Source: Prevotella sp. CAG:891
GTDB taxonomy: Bacteria > Bacteroidota > Bacteroidia > Bacteroidales > Bacteroidaceae
Direction: 5' to 3'
Assembly (NCBI GenBank): GCA_000437675.1
Contig: FR901744.1
Coordinates: forward strand, 3,977 to 67,976
DNA: 64,000 nt
How positions within the stretch are numbered: the first letter of the stretch is position 1; each line of letters begins with the position of its first letter. A program made the position numbers and the translations under genes. Under the pieces are notes generated by a model. The model did not search any database, had not been told where the DNA came from, and saw only the letters and a program-made list of their open reading frames with translations. Below are positions 22,119 through 34,267 of this stretch, piece by piece.

Positions 22119-22538
22119 TTATTTCTTCTTGTTGTCGTGTTGAATTTTTTGCTTGTAGAATTGTACTTTTCTGCATGCTTCTTCAAAATCTTCCTGTGTA
22201 ATGCTGTCGATTCCAGCACGCATCAAGCTGTCCATGCTCGATAATTCATGTTGTGCAGTTGCTAAGTCAATGGAATCCATAAGTAAAATGCCTTGTTCTC
22301 GTGCATCAAGTGCCAGATAGCACTTCTTGCGCATTTTTTGTATTGTCGCTTTGGCTTCAGCAAACTCAGATTGAGCTAAGCACTCTCTGGCTGCGGTTAG
22401 CATTTGCTGCGCTTCGGCTTCCATTTTTGTGCGGTTTTCGCTGTATGCTTCAGTCTTGGTGTCTTCAGCTTTCTTTGAAGAACAGGCTGAGAGTGTTATA
22501 CATAGAATGGTCAGTATGGAGAGGATTGGGCATTTCAT
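22119..22538 (-). CDS. Hypothetical lipoprotein
   Basis: Lipobox-like signal (MKCPILSILTILCITLSACSS) and a charged helical remainder. No family recognised. Confidence 0.5.
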   Translation of the reverse strand: MKCPILSILTILCITLSACSSKKAEDTKTEAYSENRTKMEAEAQQMLTAARECLAQSEFAEAKATIQKMRKKCYLALDAREQGILLMDSIDLATAQHELSSMDSLMRAGIDSITQEDFEEACRKVQFYKQKIQHDNKKK

Positions 22539-22630
22539 GTTTTTTGTAATGTTTGGGTTGTATGTGGTATGGATAAATGTTTAACTGCGAAAAGCAGCTG
22601 TTCAGTGGATAAAAAGAACTTTGCGGCTTG

Positions 22631-23761
22631 TTACTGCTTTGCAGCATTGCGCAGTTCATTTTTGCGGATTTTGTAATTCAGCCATAGGTTGAATGCCATA
22701 AAAATAGCAATGTCAATGCCAACAATGACGCTGATGCAGCAATTTCCGATGAGTAATAGGTAATTGATTAAGCAGAAGCTTAATTGCAGGGCTATGATTA
22801 GGCCTAATGCACCGTGCATACTGAATCCAGCATGTAAGCATTTGTGGTGAATGTGCGTTTTGTCTGGAAAAAAAATGGAAACTCCGCGTTTAATGCGCAG
22901 ACAGGCAACTCGAACCAAATCAAAGCAGGGCACTATAACCAGGGTAAAAGGAACCAAGAATGTTATGTTGTTGTTATCAGTTGTTTCAACATGTTGGGGA
23001 TTGCCAATCATGATATAGCGAATTGCCAGGAAAGCAAGTGCATATCCTAAGGTTAAACTGCCGGTATCGCCCATGAATGTTTTTGTTCCTTTTTGCGGAT
23101 TCCCAAATATGTTATATATAAAGAATACAAGTATGCTACCCAATAGTCCCATGCAATATAGTGAGTAAAAGAGTAGATTTTCGAAATAGTAGAGAATGCC
23201 AAATGCAAGGATTGCCAAAAATGACAAACTAGATGCTAAACCGTCAATACCGTCAATCAGGTTGATTGCATTTACGATGAGCAGTGATACGAAGACGGTA
23301 ATTGGAAAACTGAGCCAGGCCGGAATTTCTTCTAAACCAAACAAACCGTATAAATCGTGTATGTATAATCCACAGAATGGCAGGAATATTGATACAATCA
23401 GCTGAATTGCAAATTTTAGTGTAGCTGGCATTCCGAACAGGTCGTCGAGTAAACCTATCAGGTATAAAAGAAACATGCCAATGATGACCAATATGGTTGA
23501 CATATTGAATTGTGAAAATTTGTCGGAATTATTTATCATCATAAAGACCATAGTTCCTGCAACTCCTACAGACATGGCAGGTATAAAAAGAACACCTCCA
23601 AGTCGTGGGATATTGTTGATTCTGTGAACTTTTCGCTCATCAGGGATATCGTACATACCTCTTCTTTTGCAAAGCCGCAGTAACATGGGCATCAAAATGA
23701 ATGTTGTAATCGTGCTGAGCCCAAAGGCTGTAAGCATATATAGAATGTTTGCTATATCCAT
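22631..23761 (-). CDS. Glycosyltransferase family 4 polyprenyl-phosphate sugar-1-phosphate transferase, WecA/MraY-like
   Basis: Polytopic membrane protein with the NAINLIDGIDGLA motif of the MraY/WecA family. Confidence 0.8.
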   Translation of the reverse strand: MDIANILYMLTAFGLSTITTFILMPMLLRLCKRRGMYDIPDERKVHRINNIPRLGGVLFIPAMSVGVAGTMVFMMINNSDKFSQFNMSTILVIIGMFLLYLIGLLDDLFGMPATLKFAIQLIVSIFLPFCGLYIHDLYGLFGLEEIPAWLSFPITVFVSLLIVNAINLIDGIDGLASSLSFLAILAFGILYYFENLLFYSLYCMGLLGSILVFFIYNIFGNPQKGTKTFMGDTGSLTLGYALAFLAIRYIMIGNPQHVETTDNNNITFLVPFTLVIVPCFDLVRVACLRIKRGVSIFFPDKTHIHHKCLHAGFSMHGALGLIIALQLSFCLINYLLLIGNCCISVIVGIDIAIFMAFNLWLNYKIRKNELRNAAKQ

Positions 23762-23827
23762 TGAATGTAGGTTTTGATTTGTCGTATTCTATTAAAAAGT
23801 AACGGCTTATTAGTTAATATATTGCAC

Positions 23828-23835
23828 TAAAGTTA
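23828..23835 (-). promoter_or_regulatory. Bacteroidetes -7 promoter-like box (TAACTTTA on the minus strand), ~70 bp upstream of the wecA-like start
   Basis: Near match to the Bacteroides sigma-A -7 consensus TAnnTTTG. A further minus-strand perfect match lies at 24167-24174 and a plus-strand perfect match (TAACTTTG) at 24306-24313. Confidence 0.3.
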
Positions 23836-24512
23836 CAATATTTATTTAGGAAAATCGCAAGTTTTAGCATGCTGAACACGTAATCCGAATTCAGCAGTTA
23901 AATTTGGCTGATTGTGTTGTTCGCTCGTTTCAGAAGTATGGCTGTTATATTGTCAATAAACCTTGAATTTGTTGTTTACTTATAAAAATAAGTCTATTCA
24001 CTTGAAATATAGCAGTTTTCAAGTGGCTTTGAAGAGGTGTTAAACAATAAATTCAAAAGTATTTAGCAATAAAATGTAGCTTGATTCTTCCTTATTTTGT
24101 TGAGAATCAGGATCTTCCGTTTGCAGAATATGAGTATTTTGCCCGGATAAGCTGAAAAATCGTTGCCAAAGTTACAGTATTTATTTGGTTCGATAAATCT
24201 TAGGCAATAAAATTATGTCATAAAACATATTCTTGTAATATAAAATCTTGCGTTTAAAAAGTCAATAATATAAGAAAGGGCGTTTTGTGTTCTAATTAAA
24301 AACTGTAACTTTGCAGTCTGTTAAAGCAATATGCCATAAAGTTTGTGATGAAACGTCACAATGAATCGCTGTGGTTGGCTAATGGTCAATCGGATACTTG
24401 CTCAATAAAATTAAGAAAAAGTAGCAGGTGGTAATTGGTTTTTCACCATGAACATATAACATTCGGGCTATTGTAAAAAATCAATCGACTCTGAAAACTT
24501 ATAAAAGTAAAG

Positions 24513-25364
24513 ATGATTGTATTCAATACAAAAAATGAACTTGAGGCTGCTTTGAAATCAGTTCAAGAAGCTGGAGGCAAAGTGGGCTTAGTGCCGACAA
24601 TGGGGGCTCTGCATGCAGGACATGCTTCGTTGGTAGAGCGTTCGGTAGCTGAAAATGATAAAACAGTGGTTAGCGTGTTTGTCAATCCTACGCAATTCAA
24701 CGATAAGAACGATTTGGAGAACTATCCGCGTACTTTGGAAGCGGATTGTGCTTTGTTAGAATCGTTGGGTGTTGATTATGTGTTTGCCCCCAGTGTAGAG
24801 GAAGTATACCCGGAACCTGACACACGAAGCTTCTCATACCCTCCTATTGATTCGGTGATGGAAGGCGCACGTCGTCCGGGGCATTTCAATGGAGTCTGCC
24901 AAATTGTTAGCAAATTGTTCTATATGGTGAAACCGGATCGTGCATACTTTGGCGAGAAGGATTTTCAACAAATAGCAGTGATTCGTGCTATGGTGAATGA
25001 TTTGAAAATTCCTGTTGAGTTGAAACCTTGTCCTATTGTTCGTGAGGAGAGTGGTTTGGCTTTGAGTTCTCGCAATACATTGCTTACAGATAGCGAGCGT
25101 TCCATTGCTGTTTGCATTTCACAGGCTTTGAAAACAAGCGTTGAATTTGCAAAGTCGCATACTGTGGCCGAAACGCATGACTTAGTTGTAGGTGCACTTA
25201 ATGCAACTAACGGACTTGAGGTTGAGTATTTCGAAATAGTGGATGGAATCACACTTCAACCTGTTGATTCTTGGGACGATTCTGATTTTATTGTGGGTTG
25301 TATAACAGTTTATTGTGGTGCTCGCCCTGTTCGACTTATTGACAATATTAAATATAAGGCATAA
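24513..25364 (+). CDS. panC: Pantoate--beta-alanine ligase
   Basis: [18 protein letters not shown]-type motif in a 283-aa ORF. Confidence 0.92.
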   Translation: MIVFNTKNELEAALKSVQEAGGKVGLVPTMGALHAGHASLVERSVAENDKTVVSVFVNPTQFNDKNDLENYPRTLEADCALLESLGVDYVFAPSVEEVYPEPDTRSFSYPPIDSVMEGARRPGHFNGVCQIVSKLFYMVKPDRAYFGEKDFQQIAVIRAMVNDLKIPVELKPCPIVREESGLALSSRNTLLTDSERSIAVCISQALKTSVEFAKSHTVAETHDLVVGALNATNGLEVEYFEIVDGITLQPVDSWDDSDFIVGCITVYCGARPVRLIDNIKYKA

Positions 25365-25394
25365 AACTTTTGAACTAAATCAGACCGAGAAACT

Positions 25395-25742
25395 ATGTTT
25401 ATAAGTATTTTAAAGTCAAAGATACATTGTGCTAACGTAACTGAGGCCAACTTGCACTATATGGGTAGTATCACTATTGATCAAGATCTGATGGATGCAA
25501 GTGGTATACTTCCGGGAGAGCATGTACATGTAGTCAATAATAATAATGGTGAGCGCATTGAAACTTATGCGATTGCTGGTCCGCGCAAGTCAGGTTGCAT
25601 TTGTCTGAACGGTGCCGCGGCTCGTTTGTTCCAAGTGGGTGACGAGGTTATCATTATGGCTTATGCTCAAATGTCCCCCGAAGAGGCATTGACTTTTAAA
25701 CCGAAAGTTATTTTCCCGACAGGAGAACGTAACGAATTGTAA
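25395..25742 (+). CDS. panD: Aspartate 1-decarboxylase
   Basis: 115 aa with the [24 protein letters not shown]-terminus. The pyruvoyl-forming Gly-Ser is present. Confidence 0.92.
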   Translation: MFISILKSKIHCANVTEANLHYMGSITIDQDLMDASGILPGEHVHVVNNNNGERIETYAIAGPRKSGCICLNGAAARLFQVGDEVIIMAYAQMSPEEALTFKPKVIFPTGERNEL

Positions 25743-25880
25743 ATGAAAACTTTCAACAGATTTTTATGCAAAGTTAGTGTTTGACATAGAGAGTCTTGAT
25801 GAAGCATTTGCCATCACAGAAAAGTATAACAACTGATTTATTCGTTGAGCTTTATTTCTGTTTCTTTTTCCAATAAAAAT

Positions 25881-25913
25881 AGGAGATAAATACTTAAAAC
25901 TAGTATTTATCTC
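25881..25913. terminator. Bidirectional rho-independent terminator between convergent panD and glyA
   Basis: Perfect 12-bp stem GGAGATAAATAC/GTATTTATCTCC with a 9-nt loop and T-rich tracts on both sides. Confidence 0.8.
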
Positions 25914-25969
25914 CTGTTGCTTTTATCTTGCGTATAAGGCAAGGAGTTTTTGCATTTTAATGATATGTG

Positions 25970-27250
25970 TTACCAGGCAAACAAAGGATACTTTTTCATC
26001 GTTTCGTTTACTCGGTTACGTACCTTTGCAATAACTTCTTCGTTTTCCGGATCGTTTAAAACAATTTCAATCATTTCTGCAATCTCAACCATTAAATCCT
26101 CCTTGGCACCGCGGGTAGTAATGGCAGGTGTTCCTAAACGAATACCTGATGTTTGGAATGCAGAACGAGTGTCGAATGGCACTATATTCTTATTTACAGT
26201 GATATCAGCAGCTACTAAAGCATTTTCAGCAACTTTACCGGTTAACTCGGGGTATTTTGAACGCAGGTCTACTAACATAGAGTGGTTATCTGTACCTCCA
26301 CTAACAATAGTAAAGCCGCGTTTCATTAGTTCTTCAGCCAAACATGCTGCATTTTTCTTTACTTGAATAGCATATTCTTTGAATGAAGGTTGAAGAGCTT
26401 CTCCAAAAGCTACGGCTTTAGCTGCAATAACATGTTCAAGCGGTCCTCCTTGAGTTCCAGGGAATACTGCACTATTGATGATTTGGCTCATCATTTTTGT
26501 AACGCCTTTGGGAGTTTTGAGTCCCCAGGGATTTTCAAAGTCTTTTCCCATGAGAATCAAACCACCGCGTGGACCACGCAATGTTTTGTGTGTGGTTGTT
26601 GTTACAATATGTGCATATTTGATGGGATTGTCGAGCAAACCAGCTGCAATTAAACCGGCGGGATGAGCCATATCAACCATAAGTATGGCACCTACCTTGT
26701 CTGCAATTTCGCGCATACGGGCATAATCCCATTCACGGCTATAAGCAGATCCACCACCGACAATGAGTTTCGGTTTGTGTTCAAGAGCCAAAGCTTCCAT
26801 TTCATCATAATCAACCCGTTGAGTTTCTTTGTTCAAATTATAACCTATGGGGTTGTAGAGAATACCAGAAGTATTGACTTTAGAACCATGTGACAGGTGA
26901 CCGCCATGATCCAGATTAAGTCCCATAAAGGTATCTCCAGGTTTCAATACTGCAAGAAAAACTGCAGCATTGGCTTGGGCGCCAGAGTGTGGTTGAACGT
27001 TAACAAATTCAGCGTCGAAAAGTTTTTTTGCCCGTTCTATAGCTAAAGTTTCAGTTTGGTCGACAATGCCGCAACCTCCGTAATAGCGTTTTCCGGGATA
27101 TCCTTCAGCATACTTATTAGTAAGCCATGAGCCCATAGCTTGCATAACTTCATCGCTTACAAAGTTTTCGGAAGCAATTAATTCGATGCCGCGAAGTTGG
27201 CGCTGATGTTCAGCCTCAATGAGGTTGAAAATTTCTGTGTCTTTTTGCAT
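25970..27250 (-). CDS. glyA: Serine hydroxymethyltransferase
   Basis: 426 aa, with the PLP-lysine region [14 protein letters not shown]. Confidence 0.95.
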   Translation of the reverse strand: MQKDTEIFNLIEAEHQRQLRGIELIASENFVSDEVMQAMGSWLTNKYAEGYPGKRYYGGCGIVDQTETLAIERAKKLFDAEFVNVQPHSGAQANAAVFLAVLKPGDTFMGLNLDHGGHLSHGSKVNTSGILYNPIGYNLNKETQRVDYDEMEALALEHKPKLIVGGGSAYSREWDYARMREIADKVGAILMVDMAHPAGLIAAGLLDNPIKYAHIVTTTTHKTLRGPRGGLILMGKDFENPWGLKTPKGVTKMMSQIINSAVFPGTQGGPLEHVIAAKAVAFGEALQPSFKEYAIQVKKNAACLAEELMKRGFTIVSGGTDNHSMLVDLRSKYPELTGKVAENALVAADITVNKNIVPFDTRSAFQTSGIRLGTPAITTRGAKEDLMVEIAEMIEIVLNDPENEEVIAKVRNRVNETMKKYPLFAW

Positions 27251-27276
27251 GTTAATTGATTGTTAGGGTTAGTAGG

Positions 27277-27834
27277 TTATTTTTTTACGGAAAATCCGAA
27301 TGTTCCGATTAGCTCGCCCAAACCATAATATGCACCGTGGACATAAACGAGTGGATTGCTTTTATCAAGATGCCATTTGCCAGTTTCGTCAAGATAGCGA
27401 TCGTCAGCCTGCACATTGAGTACTTCTGCAATAAACATATCGTGCGATCCCAAAGATATAATTTCTTTGACTCTGCATTCAATGCTTAATGGTGATTCTG
27501 CTATAATAGGTGCTTGTATGCACGCTGCTGGTAGGGGAGTGAGTTTTGTTTCGTCGAACTTTTTGTAATCACGTCCTGAACGCACACCACACCAATCAGT
27601 TGCATTTGCCATATCAACTGTGGTTAGATTGATGCAGAACTCCATATCTTTTTTAATGAGTTGATAGGAGTGACGTTCTGGACGGACTGAAATATAGCAC
27701 ATGGCAGGGTTGGTGCAAATTGTGCCAGCCCATGCCACAGTGAAGATATTATACTCTGATGGTGTAGATCCACAGGAAACAAGCAACGCGGGAAGAGGAT
27801 AAATCATAGTTCCCGGTTTCCAGTTCATTTTCAT
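27277..27834 (-). CDS. Flavin reductase-like (FMN-binding split barrel) protein
   Basis: 185 aa. The N-terminal region is typical of the flavin reductase-like domain (NIFTVAWAG...). Confidence 0.6.
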   Translation of the reverse strand: MKMNWKPGTMIYPLPALLVSCGSTPSEYNIFTVAWAGTICTNPAMCYISVRPERHSYQLIKKDMEFCINLTTVDMANATDWCGVRSGRDYKKFDETKLTPLPAACIQAPIIAESPLSIECRVKEIISLGSHDMFIAEVLNVQADDRYLDETGKWHLDKSNPLVYVHGAYYGLGELIGTFGFSVKK

Positions 27835-27855
27835 GTTTGATTGTTTTACGACAGA

Positions 27856-28311
27856 CTACACTAATCTTATGTTATCTAAAGATTGTTCTTTTTCGCAATA
27901 ATGGCATTTAATGCATCCGCGCTCTGATGGAACTACATGGAAGTGAGTTTCCATGGGTTCATTATTGGTAATGCATTTGGGGTTAGCGCATTTTACGATA
28001 CCAAGAATTTCATCAGGTAAAGTTACGCATTTTTTCTCTGCAACTTCATAGTCGCGTATGATGCAAAGTGTTACATTAGGGGTAATGACACTTAATCTAT
28101 TTAATTCTGCATCAGAGAAAAATTTATCAGAAACCTTAATGATACTTTTATTGCCCATTTTTGAACTGGGTAAATTATAGCCAATCATAATAGGGGTAGT
28201 AATAGTATCCAGATGTAAAAGTCGGATTACATCAAAAATCTTATTAGAAGGAATATGATCAATAACGGTACCATTTTCAATGGCAGCCACCATGAGTTCT
28301 TGACGTTTCAT
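27856..28311 (-). CDS. pyrI: Aspartate carbamoyltransferase regulatory subunit
   Basis: 151 aa, with a C-terminal Zn-binding C-x4-C...C-x2-C (CANPKCITN...CIKCHYCE). Confidence 0.9.
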   Translation of the reverse strand: MKRQELMVAAIENGTVIDHIPSNKIFDVIRLLHLDTITTPIMIGYNLPSSKMGNKSIIKVSDKFFSDAELNRLSVITPNVTLCIIRDYEVAEKKCVTLPDEILGIVKCANPKCITNNEPMETHFHVVPSERGCIKCHYCEKEQSLDNIRLV

Positions 28312-28344
28312 TATAAGACAATGTTACTAAGTTGTGGTAAAAAA

Positions 28345-29277
28345 TTAGTGTTTAATATCATCAAGGCTTATGCCCAATACATCACAGATGATGGCTTGTC
28401 GGGCATATAAGCCATTGCGTGCCTGCTCGAAATAATATGCATGTGGATCATTGTCAACATCGTAGTCAATTTCGTTGACACGAGGTAGTGGATGCAAAAT
28501 TTTCATATTTTCTCGAGCTTTCTCAAGCATTGATGCACGCAAAATATAAACGTCTTTTACCCGTTCATATTCCATAGGATCAGTAAAGCGTTCGCGCTGT
28601 ACACGAGTCATATATAAGATGTCTGCATTGCTTATCACATCTGCATTGAAGTCGTTGTGCTCTTCAAACTTTATGTTGTTTTCTTTGCAGAAATCTTTGT
28701 ATTCGTTGGGTAAGGAAAGTTCTTCGGGAGCAATAAAGTGAAGCGTAGGATTGAAATGTCGGAGAGCCATTATCAAGGAATGAACAGTTCTTCCGTATTT
28801 TAAGTCGCCTACCAAGTAAATATTGAGGTTTTCAAGCGTTCCCTGTGTTTTGTATATGCTGTATAAGTCAAGCATGGTTTGAGTGGGGTGTTGATTAGCA
28901 CCATCACCTGCATTGATAACGGGAACAGGTGAAACTTCACTGGCATAACGAGCTGCACCTTCTAAATAATGACGCATCACAATAACATCAGCGTAATTGC
29001 TTACCATCATGATGGTGTCTTTCAGGGTCTCTCCTTTTGTAGAACTGGTTACTTTCGGATCTGTAAACCCAATAACTCTAGCTCCTAATCTATTAGCTGC
29101 TGTTTCGAACGATAAACGTGTACGCGTAGATGGTTCAAAAAATAAAGTTGCCACAACACGATCATCCAAAATTTTGCGGTTTGGATGCTTCTCAAATTCC
29201 TGTGCCATATAAATAAGGTACATGATTTTGTCTTTACTTAAATTGGCAATGCTCACTAAACTACGGTTCTCATTCAT
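28345..29277 (-). CDS. pyrB: Aspartate carbamoyltransferase catalytic subunit
   Basis: STRTR carbamoyl-phosphate binding motif and HPLP. Confidence 0.92.
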   Translation of the reverse strand: MNENRSLVSIANLSKDKIMYLIYMAQEFEKHPNRKILDDRVVATLFFEPSTRTRLSFETAANRLGARVIGFTDPKVTSSTKGETLKDTIMMVSNYADVIVMRHYLEGAARYASEVSPVPVINAGDGANQHPTQTMLDLYSIYKTQGTLENLNIYLVGDLKYGRTVHSLIMALRHFNPTLHFIAPEELSLPNEYKDFCKENNIKFEEHNDFNADVISNADILYMTRVQRERFTDPMEYERVKDVYILRASMLEKARENMKILHPLPRVNEIDYDVDNDPHAYYFEQARNGLYARQAIICDVLGISLDDIKH

Positions 29278-29426
29278 AGCTATATCGAAATTTACTTTAT
29301 TTTGGCTGTAAAATTATAGATTTATTTCGTAAGAATGCTGTTTTGTTCAATAAAAAACAATAGGATGCGAAGAATAAATTATTTATATGTATTAATTGAA
29401 CATTTTTAAAATAGCTGATTATTGGA

Positions 29427-30746
29427 TTAGGCAGAATGTCCTGATATATCATTTGCCTTTTGTAAGTAAGTAAGCAAATCTGCAACTATGAATGAACTTC
29501 CACCGATGTAAATGCAATCATTCTTATCTGCACATTTTACAGCTTCACTGTATGCTTCTTCAACATTAGGATAAAAAGCACCATGAAGTTCATTTTTAAT
29601 ACCGATTTCGTTCACTGTTTCTGCTTTCATTGCACGTCTTACAGATGCTTGGGTCCAATAATACGTAGCATTTTTTGGTAAATGAGCTATGACAGCATCT
29701 ACGTTTTTGTCAGTTGCCATACCAAAGACTATATGCAATTTATGAACCTTTTTTGCTATATCATCAAGTTGCTTTGCCAAATAGGTCCATCCTCCAACAT
29801 TATGTCCAGTGTCGCAAATAATTTGGGGATTGTTCTGCAATATCTGCCATCTTCCTTGTAAGCCTGTCGACTTGCAAACATATTTAAACCCATACGCAAC
29901 GTCTTCTGCTGTTAGGTTGAAGATAGGCCTGATTAAATTGATTGCGTTTAAGATTGTATTTGTGTTTTTTACCTGACATTCGCCAGTAAGTTCGCCAAGA
30001 ATATTGCCCCAGTGTACAGTTTTGTACAAGCGCATATTATCTTCTGTTGTTTCAGAGGATAAAACTTCTTGCTGTTCTTCAGCGAATAGAATAGGACTGT
30101 TTGTTAAATCTGCTTGATGCTGAAAAGTGGTTTTAGTTTCAGGATGTGATTCACCTATTACTACGGGAACATTCGATTTGATTATTCCTGCTTTTTCTGC
30201 AGCGATTTCAGCAAGTGTGTTTCCTAGAAATTGTGTATGGTCGAAACTTATATTTGTAATGATAGAAAGTATTGGGGTAATGATATTAGTACAGTCTAAT
30301 CGGCCACCAAGTCCAACCTCTATAACAGCGATGTCAACCTTGTTGTCTGCAAAATATTTAAAAGCCAATGCTGTAGTTAGTTCAAAAAACGAAGGATGCA
30401 GAGGTTCGAAGTAAGAACGTTCGTTTTCAACAAAGTCTATTACATATTGCTCAGGAATCATTTGTCCATTGATTCGGATCCTTTCTCTAAAGTCAATGAG
30501 GTGAGGAGAGGTATACAATCCGACTTTAAGCCCTTTATGCTGTAGTATAGCAGCAATTGTATGAGCACAACTTCCCTTTCCGTTTGTTCCTGCTACATGA
30601 ATAGAACGGAACTGTCGATGGGGGTGATTAAAATGTTCATCAAGTTTTTGAGTCGTGCTTAAACCTTCTTTATAAGCTGCTCCACCCACTTGTTGGAATA
30701 AGGGGGCAGCCTCATATAAATAGTTAATAGTTTCCTGGTAATTCAT
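29427..30746 (-). CDS. folC: Bifunctional folylpolyglutamate synthase/dihydrofolate synthase
   Basis: P-loop HVAGTNGKGS. Start taken at MNYQETINYL, the internal ATG at 30746. Confidence 0.85.
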   Translation of the reverse strand: MNYQETINYLYEAAPLFQQVGGAAYKEGLSTTQKLDEHFNHPHRQFRSIHVAGTNGKGSCAHTIAAILQHKGLKVGLYTSPHLIDFRERIRINGQMIPEQYVIDFVENERSYFEPLHPSFFELTTALAFKYFADNKVDIAVIEVGLGGRLDCTNIITPILSIITNISFDHTQFLGNTLAEIAAEKAGIIKSNVPVVIGESHPETKTTFQHQADLTNSPILFAEEQQEVLSSETTEDNMRLYKTVHWGNILGELTGECQVKNTNTILNAINLIRPIFNLTAEDVAYGFKYVCKSTGLQGRWQILQNNPQIICDTGHNVGGWTYLAKQLDDIAKKVHKLHIVFGMATDKNVDAVIAHLPKNATYYWTQASVRRAMKAETVNEIGIKNELHGAFYPNVEEAYSEAVKCADKNDCIYIGGSSFIVADLLTYLQKANDISGHSA

Positions 30747-30841
30747 TGAATAAAGCTTTTTTATAAAAAAACTTCCCACACAATATCATAAATACTTCTT
30801 GATTAAAAAAGTAATATATGATATTGTGTAGGAAGTTTTAA

Positions 30842-32032
30842 TTATTTGTTGAAATAGTTCCTGAATGCATTGAATATTTTGGTTTTAATACCTTCAGAAG
30901 GTTTCATATTGTCAGAATCTTTCATTGATTCAAAATTATGTAACTCAGTTTTGTCAAGAGTCTCAGGAATGTAAACACTGATGTTTACTACTATATCACC
31001 CTGTCCGTAGCCATATCCAGGAACAGCAGGTAATCCTTTTCCACGAAGACGCAGGGCAGTGCCTGGTTGAGTTCCAGGTTCAATCTTAATTCTTGCTTTC
31101 TTTGTAAGGGTTGGAATCTCAATCGTATCACCTAACGTTGCTTGTGGAACTGTGAGTAAAAGGTTATATATCAAATCAGTTTCATCGCGGATGAAGTCAG
31201 CGTGAGGAATTTCCTCAATAATTACCTGAATGTCACCAGGAACGCCACCATGTCGTGCAGCATTACCTTTTTGAGGAACATTTAGCATCATGCCTTCAGC
31301 TACACCCGCAGGAATTTTGATTTCTACGATTTCTTCGCCTGCAGTTACACCTTCACCATTGCAGTGTTTACATTTATGTGTGATAATTACACCTTCGCCA
31401 TGACATTTAGGACAAGTCTCTTGCGATTGCATAATACCCATGAACGTTTGGCGTGTGCGAACAACTGATCCCTGACCATTACATGTAGGGCAAGTTTCAG
31501 GGCTATGTCCCTTTTCGCATCCATTGCCATTACATTCCGGACACGTAACATCCTTTTTGACCTTGAATTTTTTGACAACGCCAGTTGAGATTTCTTCAAG
31601 TGTCAAACGGACTTTCATGCGCATATCAGCTCCTTTAAAACGGCGCGGTTGTGAGGATGAACGTCCTCCAAATCCACCGAATCCGCCGAAACCATTTCCA
31701 AAAATGTCGCCAAATTGCTGGAAGATGTCATTAATATCCATACCTCCTGCGCTAAAACCACCGAAACCTCCAGCTCCGTTGACACCTTCAGCTCCAAATT
31801 GGTCATAGCGCGCTCTTTTGTCGGGATCGCGTAATACATCGTATGCTTCAGCAGCCTGTTTGAATTTTTCTTCAGCTTCTTTGCTTCCTGGGTTACGATC
31901 AGGATGCCATTTGATGGCAACTTTTTTGTAAGCCTTCTTGATTTCATCAGCTGAAGCATTACGTTCTACGCCTAATATTTTATAATAGTCTTTTTCTTCG
32001 GCCATAGGTTTGTTGATTTTGAGATGCATCAA
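30842..32032 (-). CDS. dnaJ: Molecular chaperone DnaJ
   Basis: J-domain with HPD, a G/F-rich linker and four CxxCxGxG zinc-finger repeats. Confidence 0.95.
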   Translation of the reverse strand: MMHLKINKPMAEEKDYYKILGVERNASADEIKKAYKKVAIKWHPDRNPGSKEAEEKFKQAAEAYDVLRDPDKRARYDQFGAEGVNGAGGFGGFSAGGMDINDIFQQFGDIFGNGFGGFGGFGGRSSSQPRRFKGADMRMKVRLTLEEISTGVVKKFKVKKDVTCPECNGNGCEKGHSPETCPTCNGQGSVVRTRQTFMGIMQSQETCPKCHGEGVIITHKCKHCNGEGVTAGEEIVEIKIPAGVAEGMMLNVPQKGNAARHGGVPGDIQVIIEEIPHADFIRDETDLIYNLLLTVPQATLGDTIEIPTLTKKARIKIEPGTQPGTALRLRGKGLPAVPGYGYGQGDIVVNISVYIPETLDKTELHNFESMKDSDNMKPSEGIKTKIFNAFRNYFNK

Positions 32033-32124
32033 TTACTTGCTGCAGTCTCTGCTCATATTTAATTGAAGCAAACTACAAAGCAGAAGTATGTATTGCTTGT
32101 AGTATAGAGTTATTCGTAATAATA

Positions 32125-32697
32125 TTATTGTCCAACGACAACTTTGGCATGACGAATAACTTTCTCGTTTAAGAGGTAGCCAGTTTGAACACAATCAATG
32201 ACATGATTTTTCTGATCTTCTTCCTGTGCAGGAATCATAGCTACTGCCTCATGAAAATCGGTATCAAAGGCTTTACCGATGGTGTCAATTCTTTGAAGTC
32301 CTTGAGCTGCCAATGATTTGTTAAGTTTGTCAATAATAAGTGCTACTCCTTCTTTAAGAGTTTCAATATCATCGCTCTTTTCAATGTTGGCAGCCGCGCG
32401 TTCTAAGTCGTCCAATACTGGAAGTAAAGCGGTAAGAACCTTTTCTCCACCATTTAAAATGAGTTCGGTCTTTTCTTTTAGTGTGCGTTTGCGGTAGTTG
32501 TCAAATTCGGCAACTTGACGCAGATACTTATCCTTTAAATTTTCAATCTCCGCTGCCATAGCTGACATTTTGTCTGCATCTGACATTTCTGCTTCACCTT
32601 GAGGCGTGTTTTCAGCATCGGTTTCAGTATTCACCTGTTCATTCTGAATAACTTCCTCTTTATCTAAATCTAAAGTTTCTTTTGCTTCTTTATTCAT
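32125..32697 (-). CDS. grpE: Nucleotide exchange factor GrpE
   Basis: 190 aa with an acidic N-terminus and GrpE core. Positioned immediately upstream of dnaJ. Confidence 0.9.
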   Translation of the reverse strand: MNKEAKETLDLDKEEVIQNEQVNTETDAENTPQGEAEMSDADKMSAMAAEIENLKDKYLRQVAEFDNYRKRTLKEKTELILNGGEKVLTALLPVLDDLERAAANIEKSDDIETLKEGVALIIDKLNKSLAAQGLQRIDTIGKAFDTDFHEAVAMIPAQEEDQKNHVIDCVQTGYLLNEKVIRHAKVVVGQ

Positions 32698-32784
32698 GAT
32701 TCCAATTATTGTTTACCTATTGTTATGCAAAAAATGTGCCAATAGTATATTTATGACAATGGGGCAGACAAATTATATTGCTAA

Positions 32785-33348
32785 TTAGTGGCTAATTAGT
32801 TGAAGAAACTCAGATCTGGTCTTTGCTTGAGTAAATGCTCCGCTAAAGTCTGAGGTTGTTGTAATTGAGTTGTCCTTTTCAACACCTCTCATTTGCATGC
32901 ACATGTGTTTAGCTTCAATAACTACCATGACGCCTAATGGAGAAAGTGCTTCTTCAATACAGTTCTTAATCTGTAATGTCATTCTTTCCTGCACTTGCAA
33001 ACGATGTGAAAATATATCTACTACGCGAGCAATTTTAGATAATCCCGTTATATATCCGTTGGGTATGTAGGCCACATGTACTTTGCCGTAGAAAGGGAGC
33101 ATGTGATGTTCGCAAAGCGAGTAAAAGTTGATGTCTTTTACAATTACCATTTGGTTGTAGGGCTCCTCAAATTTTGCAGAAAGAAGCACTTCTTTAGGGT
33201 CCATTTCGTAGCCCCGAGTCAGTGTCTGCATAGCTTTGGCAACTCTTAAGGGAGTTTTTACAAGGCCCTCACGCGTTGGGTCTTCGCCTAATAATTTGAG
33301 AATTTCAAGATAATGATGCTGTAATTTTTCGATTCTATCCATCATCAA
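32785..33348 (-). CDS. folE: GTP cyclohydrolase I
   Basis: 187 aa with the CEHHMLPF zinc-binding motif. Confidence 0.9.
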   Translation of the reverse strand: MMMDRIEKLQHHYLEILKLLGEDPTREGLVKTPLRVAKAMQTLTRGYEMDPKEVLLSAKFEEPYNQMVIVKDINFYSLCEHHMLPFYGKVHVAYIPNGYITGLSKIARVVDIFSHRLQVQERMTLQIKNCIEEALSPLGVMVVIEAKHMCMQMRGVEKDNSITTTSDFSGAFTQAKTRSEFLQLISH

Positions 33349-33486
33349 GTTTTTTGATTAGATCTGATTTTGCAGATTTACCATTTTGAAGAATGGCAAT
33401 TGAGTGAACTTAAATGTTGTGTATTTCCATTGCTGTATTGTTGAATGCTTGTGTGCCTCCAATGCAATAGGAAATTGAAGTTTTGA

Positions 33487-34041
33487 TTAGTAAGGTAAAT
33501 TAACCTCAGATGATACTATGCGAACCTCATACGTAAAATGAGCAGAACGTATTAGGTTTACATATTTTTGTGCATCTTGTCTACTCTTAAAGTCTCCTAC
33601 ATTTGTAACCCAACGAGGTGCTATAAAACTTGTATAGATTGATAGCTCTGGAAATTTGTTGCGACATTTTTCACCCATTTGTATGGCTTTGGTTTTATCC
33701 TTACGCGAATTTCCACCTGTAAAAATGCAGATTCTGTACCCGCGTGCTTTATGTCTTCCACGGGTAGCGTAAGTTCCCTTTTTGGTGTTTGATTTTATGT
33801 CTTCCGACGGTTTGCTTGTCGAATGGATGTGTTCTGCAGCAGTTGTATCCTTATTTCCCGTATGCTGTTGCGTATGGTTGGGTACAGTGTTATTGATAAT
33901 TTGTTCAATTTGCTCCGACTGTGTAATGATAACAGTGCCTTTGCTTTTTTCCTGTTTGCGCAATTTTTCTGTCAAAGTTGATTGTGCACAAACAGAGTTT
34001 GCATTAACACACACTAAAACTAGTAGGGGAATGAGTCTCAT
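33487..34041 (-). CDS. SPOR (peptidoglycan-binding) domain protein
   Basis: Signal peptide, a low-complexity middle and a C-terminal ~75-aa SPOR-like domain (YRICIFTGGN...QDAQKYVNLIRS). Confidence 0.65.
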   Translation of the reverse strand: MRLIPLLVLVCVNANSVCAQSTLTEKLRKQEKSKGTVIITQSEQIEQIINNTVPNHTQQHTGNKDTTAAEHIHSTSKPSEDIKSNTKKGTYATRGRHKARGYRICIFTGGNSRKDKTKAIQMGEKCRNKFPELSIYTSFIAPRWVTNVGDFKSRQDAQKYVNLIRSAHFTYEVRIVSSEVNLPY

Positions 34042-34267
34042 TGGTATTTTGTTAAAAGGGTGTTTAAAAGAGAGTTATTCTTTATTGAGCAAATTATTCA
34101 TACACTGTAAAGCACGATATTTTATGTTGATGCCTTATTACACTAAGAATGAAGTAAGCATTCTTGTTTGAATAAAATATCAGTGTGAATATTTATCAAG
34201 AACATAAGAAGTACTTGAATCCCAGTGGAATGTACCCTTATGTTCTTGATTGTAGAAATATCAGAGA

